Virus record (IMG/VR): IMGVR_UViG_3300027754_000037 | Reading direction: 5' to 3' (one strand) | DNA: 64,000 nucleotides | Source of the DNA: a virus | Lineage: Duplodnaviria; Caudoviricetes | Part shown: positions 56,255 to 64,000 of the stretch, piece by piece | Layout of the letters: every line of letters starts with the position of its first letter | How positions within the stretch are numbered: the first letter of the stretch is position 1 | Program-made: the position numbers and the translations under genes | Notes under the pieces: model-generated | What the model was told of the DNA's origin: nothing | Databases searched by the model: none | What the model saw: only the letters and a program-made list of their open reading frames with translations

Positions 56255-56803
56255 TTAAATTTCGTAGTTTCCCTTGGGGTTTTCCAATTCTTGGATCATT
56301 TTTTTAAGTTCAGCAGCAACTTCGTAGTTTTCAACAGCTACGACTTTTTTAATTTTTTCTCTTAATTTTCTGATTTTTTCCACGGTTGCCTCATTAAGAA
56401 CTGTGCATCCCCAAGTGTTCGGCTTTTTTCCGATATGTTTAACACCATCTTGGCAACGATAAAAAAGATCAATTGCCAGATTTTCAAATGTCGAATAGCA
56501 ATTTGCGCATCCAAATCTAGAATTTTCAATGATTTTTTTATAATTGATGCCACAAGTGCATTTTTTGGTATAAATATCCGTATCCAAGTTGGCTATCTTG
56601 TCAATCAAATTGATTAATGAATCAATATTTGGTGTAGTGGGAATCTTGATAAGTGACAATTTTTGTGAATATTCAATTCCACACTCATCACAGAGTTGTA
56701 AATCAATTATTTGTTCTTTTTTAATATCAGTAACATTAATGCTTTTGTGTTTCGAGCATGCTTTGCCAGACAGAGGGCATTTATCCACAGTATCAATCCT
56801 CAA
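56255..56803 (-). CDS. mcsA: McsA-like zinc-finger/UVR-domain protein
   Basis: LCDECG, CTCG...RFGCANCY..F, Q.G..HIGK.P, UVR motif L...V..ENYE.AA..K..I. Confidence 0.8.
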   Translation of the reverse strand: MRIDTVDKCPLSGKACSKHKSINVTDIKKEQIIDLQLCDECGIEYSQKLSLIKIPTTPNIDSLINLIDKIANLDTDIYTKKCTCGINYKKIIENSRFGCANCYSTFENLAIDLFYRCQDGVKHIGKKPNTWGCTVLNEATVEKIRKLREKIKKVVAVENYEVAAELKKMIQELENPKGNYEI

Positions 56804-57626
56804 AAAGTGTTCCTGCGACTCTCAGGATAAATCCATCTGTTTCGATTGCGCCAGAACCAGCGGGAATGGTTCTTCTAATCCAAATCGGAATAATATCCAA
56901 ACCTTTCATTTCACCAAGCACCGCATCGGTTGCATCGAATGTTACATTGTTTGGTGCTGTTGTGTCTATATCAATTGAATCGGCTTCGCTGTTTACTGGA
57001 GAGCCATTACTGGTTTTTTGTACTGTAGCCGTGGGTTGTGGATTTGATGGATTTGAAAGTGTAATGTTAAGAGTTTCCATGATATCGTGAAATCTATTAC
57101 CAGCTTTGGTTACAAAGTCTACTTGGAAAGTCAAGGGGTTGCCGGGAATTTGACTGCCTGTAACTGTCACATTTCCTGCTCCTAATGCACTTTCCATACC
57201 GCTCAATACTGAAGCTGTCATGTTCGTGATAGTGTCTGCGTTTACCGTGAAGGTGCTGTTGCCTTGTGCATTTGTGTATTTGACATCAAAACTTCCGGTT
57301 GTAGTTCCTTCTGTAAAATTGCCGACAAAAATATATTGCCTTTCGTTTTGAAAAATAAACCCGAAATCTACAGTCACATCCCCCGGCGCATCGTAATACA
57401 TGGAAACTGTAGTTGCAAATAAAGAATCTGATGCATTTTCGTTTACCAAGTAAACGCAACGATAGTCTACTCTGCCAACTAATGCTTGATTAGCGGACAC
57501 ATTGTTAAATAGATTTGTGCCAATTACATACTGGAGAGATGGCGTTCCTCCAATTGATAGTTGAGGTGAAGTCGGACTTCCGTCGCCGCTGTACACATAT
57601 CTAATTTTTGTTTTGTCGATTGGCAT
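56793..57626 (-). CDS. Putative tail/structural protein
   Basis: S.GG.PS.....NLF.NVS......G..DYRC.Y..N pattern; T/N/G-rich; CATAGATA at 57643..57650. Confidence 0.6.
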   Translation of the reverse strand: MPIDKTKIRYVYSGDGSPTSPQLSIGGTPSLQYVIGTNLFNNVSANQALVGRVDYRCVYLVNENASDSLFATTVSMYYDAPGDVTVDFGFIFQNERQYIFVGNFTEGTTTGSFDVKYTNAQGNSTFTVNADTITNMTASVLSGMESALGAGNVTVTGSQIPGNPLTFQVDFVTKAGNRFHDIMETLNITLSNPSNPQPTATVQKTSNGSPVNSEADSIDIDTTAPNNVTFDATDAVLGEMKGLDIIPIWIRRTIPAGSGAIETDGFILRVAGTLFED

Positions 57627-57651
57627 AATTTACCTCGGAAAATATCTATGT

Positions 57652-57680
57652 TTGACTCTTATAAGTTAGAAATATAAAAT
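57652..57680 (+). promoter_or_regulatory. Sigma70-type promoter TTGACT-N17-TAAAAT
   Basis: Near-consensus, upstream of the 57714 two-gene unit. Confidence 0.65.
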
Positions 57681-57713
57681 TAATTGTTGCGTTTATTTAA
57701 ATAACGAGGCGAA

Positions 57714-58550
57714 ATGCGAACTACAGCAAAACATGCTGGTGTGATGGATTTTCCTCGTGCGAAAGCATACAAGCGTCATATTGTCTGGAAGGCAAGTGAA
57801 GCTACGCCTTCTTTCTTGCAGATCTACACCAAAGGTTTAGAATACGCTCTGGTTTCAGACAATTACGAGCAAGTCCATGAATTCGTTTTATGCAAGGATT
57901 TCTTGCACGATGTGATATTTTCTTGTACAAACAACTTGCCGTTTCAAATTTACAAATTTTCATATAGTCCTGATTTATCACCAAAATGCAGCTTTAAGAA
58001 GTTAAAACTTTTAGTTACGAATTCTCAGGACAAAAAGTTTTCATCTAAAGTTAAAACTGCTTTGGAATTTATAAATCAATTTGAAGATATGCTTAAAATG
58101 CCTCGCAGCAGGTTTCGAGAGTGTTCTAATCTACCGGCAAAGTATGGACACTCTGGAATTTACTTGTTTGAAGCTCATCGAAGGTGGTTACAGGCACCTC
58201 CTTTGATTTCTCTTTATACGCTTTTGTTGCGGATAGGTTTTGTTCATGTGAGTGGCGAAAATTTCTGGTGTACTATTGAAAAAGTCAACAACAAATTAGT
58301 GAGTCCCTATCAAAAAAAAGATGCCAAGTGGTTGCGGGTTGTAGATTCTGCAATTCGCAAAATTGCAAAATACGGTGACAGGAAAATATTTTACAAAGAT
58401 ATTTCTTACAATTATCCCAGAAATTTGCATATGGAAACCGTGCATAATCGTCTGGGTATATTGAATTTTTCACACGACATGATTTGTGCTGAAAAAGGTC
58501 AACATGTAATCATGCAGTATTGGCATCGTTCAATTAAGGGGGCTTTATGA
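57714..58550 (+). CDS. Hypothetical protein coupled to amidoligase
   Basis: 278 aa, GAGG SD, ATGA overlap with the next gene. Confidence 0.7.
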   Translation: MRTTAKHAGVMDFPRAKAYKRHIVWKASEATPSFLQIYTKGLEYALVSDNYEQVHEFVLCKDFLHDVIFSCTNNLPFQIYKFSYSPDLSPKCSFKKLKLLVTNSQDKKFSSKVKTALEFINQFEDMLKMPRSRFRECSNLPAKYGHSGIYLFEAHRRWLQAPPLISLYTLLLRIGFVHVSGENFWCTIEKVNNKLVSPYQKKDAKWLRVVDSAIRKIAKYGDRKIFYKDISYNYPRNLHMETVHNRLGILNFSHDMICAEKGQHVIMQYWHRSIKGAL

Positions 58551-59461
58551 ACTTTACATTTGGTAGCGATCCTGAGTTTATGGTTGGCAAGAACGAGGAA
58601 ATTGTCTCAGCAATTCCGCACTTGCCAAGAAAAGAATCAGCGTTAAATCGCAATGGGCACAAGTTTTACTACGACAATGTATTGGCAGAAATCGCCATTA
58701 AGCCAGCCTCCACAAGAAATCAAGCTGTCGAACATACTCAACAAGCGTTGGGGCAACTTTCAAAGTTGATAAAGCCATATAAACTTCTGATTAGATCATC
58801 TGCAAAATATCCGATTAAGCAATTAACACACAAGGAAGCGAGAATTGCAGGATGCAATCCTGAATGGAATGTTTATACCTTGAAGTGTGTGTTGCCTCCA
58901 GAAGATACGATTTCAAACACCTCATTCCGCACGGCTGGAGGTCATATCCATGTTGGGGCAGAGGGTTTGAACAATCCCGTAAAAGCTTTTGATGTTATAA
59001 GAATGATGGATTTGTTTATTGGAATACCTGCCCTATTTTTGGACAAAGATGAAACTTCCAAGGAACGCAGAAAAATTTATGGTCATGCTGGCAGTCACAG
59101 AGCAACTAATTATGGTTTTGAATACCGAAGTCTGGGTAATTTTTGGTTTCAATCACCGGATCATGTTAAATTAATTTACGATTTGGTCAATTTTGTATTG
59201 GAATTTATTGAAGAAGATGGTCATAAAAAGTTTTGGATTGTGAACGAAGCTTTGTTGGAAAGTAACGACCCGAGCAAGGCCTACAAATGTACAGGCTATG
59301 ATTCTAAACTTTTGTGTAAAACAATCAACGGATGCGATATGCAACAGGCAGAAAAGTTTTTGATGTTTATAAACAATTATCTGCCTGATGATTTGTCTAA
59401 TAAGATTGATTCGCTTTCTAATCAAGAGATGAGTGATCCTTACGAGACTTGGTGTTTGTGA
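58547..59461 (+). CDS. phiEco32-like COOH-NH2 ligase (amidoligase)
   Basis: FGSDPEF, DNVLAE....PA, GCNPEWN, RTAGGHIHVG, RR.IYG.AG..R...YG.EYRSL.NFW. Confidence 0.88.
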   Translation: MNFTFGSDPEFMVGKNEEIVSAIPHLPRKESALNRNGHKFYYDNVLAEIAIKPASTRNQAVEHTQQALGQLSKLIKPYKLLIRSSAKYPIKQLTHKEARIAGCNPEWNVYTLKCVLPPEDTISNTSFRTAGGHIHVGAEGLNNPVKAFDVIRMMDLFIGIPALFLDKDETSKERRKIYGHAGSHRATNYGFEYRSLGNFWFQSPDHVKLIYDLVNFVLEFIEEDGHKKFWIVNEALLESNDPSKAYKCTGYDSKLLCKTINGCDMQQAEKFLMFINNYLPDDLSNKIDSLSNQEMSDPYETWCL

Positions 59462-60158
59462 TTTTACGGAACTCACGACAATCTTCACGAATATCGATTG
59501 TCCTGCAATCCTTGCACATCCAAAGCATCTTGTAATTTCTGAAAACCTGTACTTCTAGTCGCAATCTAGTATCGTGAATATAATACTTATTTTTGCAGCG
59601 ATTACATTGTGTTTTACGGTGATGTTTTTTTTGTTTTCTCGGTTTGTTGGCGTGTTTTGTTTTACTTTGTTGTGAGTCTCTTGTCTTTTTATTTTTAAAA
59701 TAAAACTCCTTCAGTTCCTCTGGCATTGGAGGAATGGGGAATTTGCTTCCTGCCAACCAAGCATATTCTGTTCCAGACTCGTGTTTGCTAGGAGGAAAAA
59801 CTGATTGATGCAGATATCCTCGAAATTCGATTCCTGAAACTACCAGCCTTTGCAAAGTTGGGTCTGGATTGATAAAAAGATTGTGGATGGATTTGTAGCT
59901 TCTGAATTTAGGCCTTTCAATTCCATCAATCATGCGTTCCAGACGGTCGTTTGCCTCTTCTGAATCAGCCTCAACATCTACAATGTCTCCCAACAAAACA
60001 CCCATGTTCATGGTGGGATCGTTGAAAAAAAATCTCCATTTTTCCACAGACCAATTTTGGTTCCAACCTACGCCAATAGGCAATTTGTTCTGTGGATAAA
60101 TTGCAATCGGTTTAAAACCCAATTGCACATATTTGTCAAAGAATCTTAAGAGGCGCAT
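59418..60158 (-). CDS. Bifunctional primase-polymerase (Prim-Pol) N-terminal domain protein
   Basis: KPIAI....KLP...W, NMGVLLG..VD.E.D, H.LF, EFRG...Q.V.PPS.H..G..Y.W; C-terminal CxxC pair. Confidence 0.8.
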   Translation of the reverse strand: MRLLRFFDKYVQLGFKPIAIYPQNKLPIGVGWNQNWSVEKWRFFFNDPTMNMGVLLGDIVDVEADSEEANDRLERMIDGIERPKFRSYKSIHNLFINPDPTLQRLVVSGIEFRGYLHQSVFPPSKHESGTEYAWLAGSKFPIPPMPEELKEFYFKNKKTRDSQQSKTKHANKPRKQKKHHRKTQCNRCKNKYYIHDTRLRLEVQVFRNYKMLWMCKDCRTIDIREDCREFRKITNTKSRKDHSSLD

Positions 60159-60213
60159 TTTTTTCTCTTGGTGATTTTTTAACATAATAACAAAAAAAAT
60201 TCTTAGGACAAAT

Positions 60214-60246
60214 AAAAAAAAGGGACGAGAATAATTCTCGTCCCTT
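60214..60246 (-). terminator. Terminator of 60268 gene
   Basis: 12-bp stem AAGGGACGAGAA / TTCTCGTCCCTT with T-run on minus strand. Confidence 0.8.
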
Positions 60247-60267
60247 AAAATTGTTTTTTTAAATTTT

Positions 60268-61365
60268 TTACCAGTCAGAACGAATAGCTTGAGTCAAATT
60301 GTTTACATCGACGGGTGTGAACAATCCATCGCTGTACTTGGTGTCTGCATTGCCAACCATGCTGTGGACGCTGTCCCACCAAGCTTGCTCTTCATTCTTG
60401 GATTCAGCCTTCTTGTGCTTCTTGCCCTTGTGCTTCTTGTTTCTCAGCATCGCAAAGTCGCCTGCGTCAATCTTGCCGTTTTTGTTCATATCCATTTTGC
60501 TTTGACCGCCCTTGAGCATCTTTTTCTTGCTCTTCTTTGCAAATTTAAGCTTGTTTTCATCCTCATCCTCATCCTCATCCTCATCCTCATCCTCATCCTC
60601 ATCCTCATCCTCATCCTCATCCTCATCCTCATCCTCATCCTCATCCTCATCCTCATCCTCATCATCGTCTTGCTGATCATCATCATCGGACCAAGCTTCG
60701 GCCTTCATCTTCTTTGTGCCGTATTTCTTTGACTTCTTTTTGCTCATCATTTTAGGAGATTCTTCATCATGATCTTCTTCATCATGATCTTCTTCATCAT
60801 GATCTTCTTCATCATGATCTTCTTCATCGTGATCTTCTTCATCATGGTCCTCGTGACCCTCTTCGTCATGATCTTCTTCGTCATGATCTTCTTCGTCATG
60901 ATCTTCTTCGTCGTGAACTGGTTTACCGACACCCTTCATGCCTTTATTTTGTTTTACACTATCCATGTCCTCATGTTCTTCATCATCATGATGATCTTCT
61001 TCTCCTTGTCCCATGTCCATCTTCTTCTTGGATTTCATGTGAGATTTCTTGCTGGACATAGCACCGCACTTAGAGCACTTCTTTTTAGACATTGAGCCAC
61101 ACTTAGAGCAGACGCTGATGTCGCCATCATCGTCGTGGCCGACAACATCGACATCTGCATCGTCAGAAGGTTTATCTTTGGCAGAGGAGGGCTTCACGAT
61201 CTCTCCATCACCTGTAACCATCTTCTTTTTCTTCTTCTTTTCAGACTTGACTTCTTCAAATCCATACTGAGATTGAATGCCAAGATTGCTGACCCTGCCC
61301 AATCCAAGGTTAAAGCTGGGAAGAATGGACTCATTCAAAGTCTTCCATTTTGTGTACGATAACAT
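60268..61365 (-). CDS. Acidic/basic low-complexity protein with CTS-like start and EF-hand-like loop
   Basis: MLSYTKWKTLNE; CSKCG x2; (DHDEE)n; (ED)17; DMNKNGKIDAGDF. Confidence 0.75.
   Translation of the reverse strand: MLSYTKWKTLNESILPSFNLGLGRVSNLGIQSQYGFEEVKSEKKKKKKMVTGDGEIVKPSSAKDKPSDDADVDVVGHDDDGDISVCSKCGSMSKKKCSKCGAMSSKKSHMKSKKKMDMGQGEEDHHDDEEHEDMDSVKQNKGMKGVGKPVHDEEDHDEEDHDEEDHDEEGHEDHDEEDHDEEDHDEEDHDEEDHDEEDHDEESPKMMSKKKSKKYGTKKMKAEAWSDDDDQQDDDEDEDEDEDEDEDEDEDEDEDEDEDEDEDEDEDEDENKLKFAKKSKKKMLKGGQSKMDMNKNGKIDAGDFAMLRNKKHKGKKHKKAESKNEEQAWWDSVHSMVGNADTKYSDGLFTPVDVNNLTQAIRSDW
60557..60658. repeat. (TCATCC)17 perfect tandem repeat
   Basis: 102 bp, encodes alternating Asp/Glu on minus strand. 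Confidence 0.95.
60761..60915. repeat. 15-bp tandem repeat (about 10 imperfect copies)
   Basis: TCATGATCTTCTTC(A/G) units encoding DHDEE on minus strand. Confidence 0.9.
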
Positions 61366-61454
61366 GATTGTCCTCTTAATAAAGAATATGAAACATAAGG
61401 AGAGTATATCAAAACTATATATGTCGAATAAAAATATTTTAGCAAGGAAATAAG

Positions 61455-62258
61455 ATGAATAAGGTGGTTCTGGCAACAGTCGCTTTAGTAGGTTTTTTAA
61501 TTTTTTTTTGGTATGCAAAGAACAACAGCATTCATGTTTCAGAATATGTAGATGAATCGATAATATCTCCTGAATCAAAAAACAGGGACAAGAACATCAT
61601 AAAAATAGTCGAAAAAATCAATCAAAAAAATCAAAACATCAAAACTTTAGCCGTAGACTACATGCCTATGCGTGTTTCGACAGGCGGTGCAACATATAAG
61701 CTGAACGGGAATCTACTCTACGAAAAAGAAAAAAATTTCAGGCTAAAAGTTCATCATCGTCTAACTGGATTGGAAATGGATATTGGCTCAAATAAGTCAG
61801 AATTTTGGTTTTGGTCCAAAAGAATGCAGCCCCCAGCCCTATATTTTAGTCCTCACGACAAGCTAGGCATTACCAACTTAAAGACACCTCTGAATCCTGA
61901 TTGGATGATTGAATCCTTGAATATTGGACTCGTGGACACAAAAAATATTGCTCAAACCTCACAAAAGGGAAATTTGTGTTTCACCTACGAACCAAGAACT
62001 AGTGCTTTGGGAGATCCCGTGACCATGATTACTGTTTATAATCTTAAAAATCTCTGTGTTGTCGGCAGAAATTTGATTGATGAAGACGGCAATAAAATCA
62101 TAACAACTTCATATGAAGGCGACACCATGAACACCTTGTGGCACAACGAAGGTATCATAATGGAATGGAATCTAGCTACAAAACAAGTAAATCCAGATGT
62201 GGACAGAAAAATGTTTGTGTTGCCAGATTACAAGAAGAAAATAGACCTGTCTAAATAA
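61455..62258 (+). CDS. Membrane-anchored LolA-fold-like protein
   Basis: N-terminal TM; MDIGSN..EFWFW....PP.LYF..H motif. Confidence 0.55.
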   Translation: MNKVVLATVALVGFLIFFWYAKNNSIHVSEYVDESIISPESKNRDKNIIKIVEKINQKNQNIKTLAVDYMPMRVSTGGATYKLNGNLLYEKEKNFRLKVHHRLTGLEMDIGSNKSEFWFWSKRMQPPALYFSPHDKLGITNLKTPLNPDWMIESLNIGLVDTKNIAQTSQKGNLCFTYEPRTSALGDPVTMITVYNLKNLCVVGRNLIDEDGNKIITTSYEGDTMNTLWHNEGIIMEWNLATKQVNPDVDRKMFVLPDYKKKIDLSK

Positions 62259-62261
62259 AAA

Positions 62262-62290
62262 TTGCCGCCCTTTCGGACGGCAAGTTTTTT
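62262..62290. terminator. Bidirectional terminator-like hairpin
   Basis: TTGCCGCCC-TTTC-GGACGGCAA between convergent genes. Confidence 0.65.
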
Positions 62291-62310
62291 TGTTGTAAAA
62301 CTTGACAACC

Positions 62311-62550
62311 TTATTTGTTGAGAGCTCTTCTAATCGCATCTCTTCGTAAAGCCTGCGTCTTCCTTTGTTCAGAAGTAACACCGCCGGAATTTCTGACGGG
62401 AGCAGGAGTCATTGAATTGTTGGTTTGTGCAGGATTCATGGCTGCTGTTACCGATCCTTGGATTCCACGAACATTGCCCGTGGGCCTGAGCATAGGTCTG
62501 CTACGGTAACTGCCGCCTGCCCCGCCTCCTTTACTGCATCCACAAGCCAT
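62311..62550 (-). CDS. Small basic protein (MACGC start)
   Basis: GGAGG SD; Gly/Arg-rich. Confidence 0.7.
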   Translation of the reverse strand: MACGCSKGGGAGGSYRSRPMLRPTGNVRGIQGSVTAAMNPAQTNNSMTPAPVRNSGGVTSEQRKTQALRRDAIRRALNK

Positions 62551-62563
62551 TTTGCCTCCGTAA

Positions 62564-62722
62564 TTATAAATATTTGATTCTGGCTATCTTGCTTTTTCTC
62601 TCTTCTACGGCCTTGATGCGATCTGCCAAATCCTTTTGACTTACCGTAAGAGGCCTAAAACCAAAATTTTTGGGTAGTGCTGATTTAGCTCCACAACCAC
62701 AACCTTTTTGATTTTTCTCCAT
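62564..62722 (-). CDS. Small basic protein (GCGCG), not in ORF track
   Basis: 52 aa MEKNQKGCGCGAKS...; CATAAATA at 62727..62734, 4 nt before ATG. Confidence 0.6.
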   Translation of the reverse strand: MEKNQKGCGCGAKSALPKNFGFRPLTVSQKDLADRIKAVEERKSKIARIKYL

Positions 62723-62750
62723 ACTCTATTTATGCTAGGAGATTTGCATT

Positions 62751-64000
62751 ATGGTAGATGAAGCTGAAATTGAGAGTCTTATCAAACAAGCTATTGATGC
62801 ATCCTACAAAAAACTTACCGAAGAGCAGTATGAAGCAGTCTGCGTCATCACTAAACAGGTTTTAAAAATCTTTCCAGAAAATACTCACGCTCTTCACATG
62901 CTCGGAGTTGCGCTCCACGCCTTGGGTGAATTCAAGGATGCATTGCAAATTATTGAGAAATTACATCAATTGGAGCCCAAAAATTATGAAAACATCAACA
63001 ACATGGCGCTGACGCTGTCTAGTTTGGGCCAACATGAAAAAAGCGTGGAACTACTTATACAAGCAATCGAGGTAAAGTGTGATTTGCCAAGCCTTTACAA
63101 CAATTTGGCCCTCAGCTACCGAAGCTTGGATCAGCACGAAAATGCCATCAATGTTCTCCTCAAGTCGTTGAATCTCACACAAGAACCAAAAACATATGGT
63201 TTGTTGGGTGCTTGTCATGGTGAAATGCAAAATTTAGAGAAAGCCAAGGACTTTTTCATGAAAGCCTTAGAGCTTGATCCTGAGTATTATCCCGCAAGAG
63301 TTGACCTCGCTGCGGTATATCATTTAATGGGTGATTATGATGCAGGATTCAGGGAATATGAACATCGTTTCAAGGTTTATGAACAACTAAGTTTATGGAT
63401 GCGTGTTTACAAATCTGAAAAAAGATGGCAGGGGCAAAGTCTTGATGGAAAAACAATTATAATACACACGGAACAAGGTTTAGGCGACAATATTCATTTT
63501 GTAAGATATGTCCCGCTTTTAAGGCGATGGAATGTGAAGATAATCATTCATTGCAGCGAGTCTTTAAGAGAATTATTTTCGCCATTTGCAGATGAGATTT
63601 ACACAGAAGACCCCAAAAAAATTGAGCAAAATCCCGAAGAGTTCAAAACTCCAGAACATGATTATGCCTGCTCAGTTGTGAGTTTATTGCATCTTTTGGA
63701 CAATCCTCCGATACCATCTTGTTCTTACATTCATTTAAAAACCGCTGTGGACATGTCTGCATATGAGGGTCTTTTCAAGATAGGAATAGTGTGGGCTGGT
63801 AATCCCCAGCACCCGAATGATCGCAAGAGATCATGCCATTTGAAGATGTTTAGGGATATTCAGAACTTGCCGGGAGTAAAACTATTCAGCCTTATGAAGG
63901 ACACAAGGCTTAGGTTTTATAGCGATAAAGACTCTCCAATTGACTTGACGGCAGGCACAGAGGACATGAAAATCGTTGATATGTCGGAGAAAATGAATTC
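62751..64000 (+). CDS. TPR-repeat glycosyltransferase (GT9-like), 3'-truncated by window edge; not in ORF track
   Basis: AGGAG SD; several TPRs, then WQGQSLDGKTIIIHTEQGLGDNIHFVRY and IGIVWAGNP.HPNDR.RS. Confidence 0.88.
   Translation, partial: MVDEAEIESLIKQAIDASYKKLTEEQYEAVCVITKQVLKIFPENTHALHMLGVALHALGEFKDALQIIEKLHQLEPKNYENINNMALTLSSLGQHEKSVELLIQAIEVKCDLPSLYNNLALSYRSLDQHENAINVLLKSLNLTQEPKTYGLLGACHGEMQNLEKAKDFFMKALELDPEYYPARVDLAAVYHLMGDYDAGFREYEHRFKVYEQLSLWMRVYKSEKRWQGQSLDGKTIIIHTEQGLGDNIHFVRYVPLLRRWNVKIIIHCSESLRELFSPFADEIYTEDPKKIEQNPEEFKTPEHDYACSVVSLLHLLDNPPIPSCSYIHLKTAVDMSAYEGLFKIGIVWAGNPQHPNDRKRSCHLKMFRDIQNLPGVKLFSLMKDTRLRFYSDKDSPIDLTAGTEDMKIVDMSEKMN

Noticed and set aside
60289-61095. Poly-IL, poly-MR and IFFIM ORFs
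   Set aside because: Alternative frames of the ED and DHDEE repeats

Overview
A 64-kb segment of a large, AT-rich, T4-like (gp17/gp20/gp21/gp22/gp23-type) dsDNA tailed phage genome. No cellular housekeeping genes, tRNAs, rRNAs or CRISPR arrays were seen. The core is a head module: a terminase large subunit (minus strand, about 10 kb from the portal), a portal carrying two inteins, a large prohead-core candidate, the prohead protease, scaffold and major capsid protein, with free-standing endonucleases inserted after the protease and after the capsid gene. Around it is a dense, strand-switching accessory region. It holds an actin-fold ATPase resembling the archaeal volactin family in a three-gene unit, six non-capsid proteases of six families (four with export signals, two sharing a C-terminal motif), and about 19 unrelated proteins with an N-terminus like the T4 capsid-targeting sequence. 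A T4-late-like promoter (YATAWATA/YATARATA) recurs, often exactly 4-5 nt before ATG and twice inside a start-codon-sequestering hairpin. Also present: an Acb1-like 2H phosphoesterase, an McsA-like protein, sulfo-/glycosyl-/methyl-transferases, a phiEco32-type amidoligase, two primase families, two extreme acidic repeat proteins and a candidate structured RNA. All functional calls come from motifs recognised by eye; no database searches were run. A Planctomycetota-like host is an inference only.
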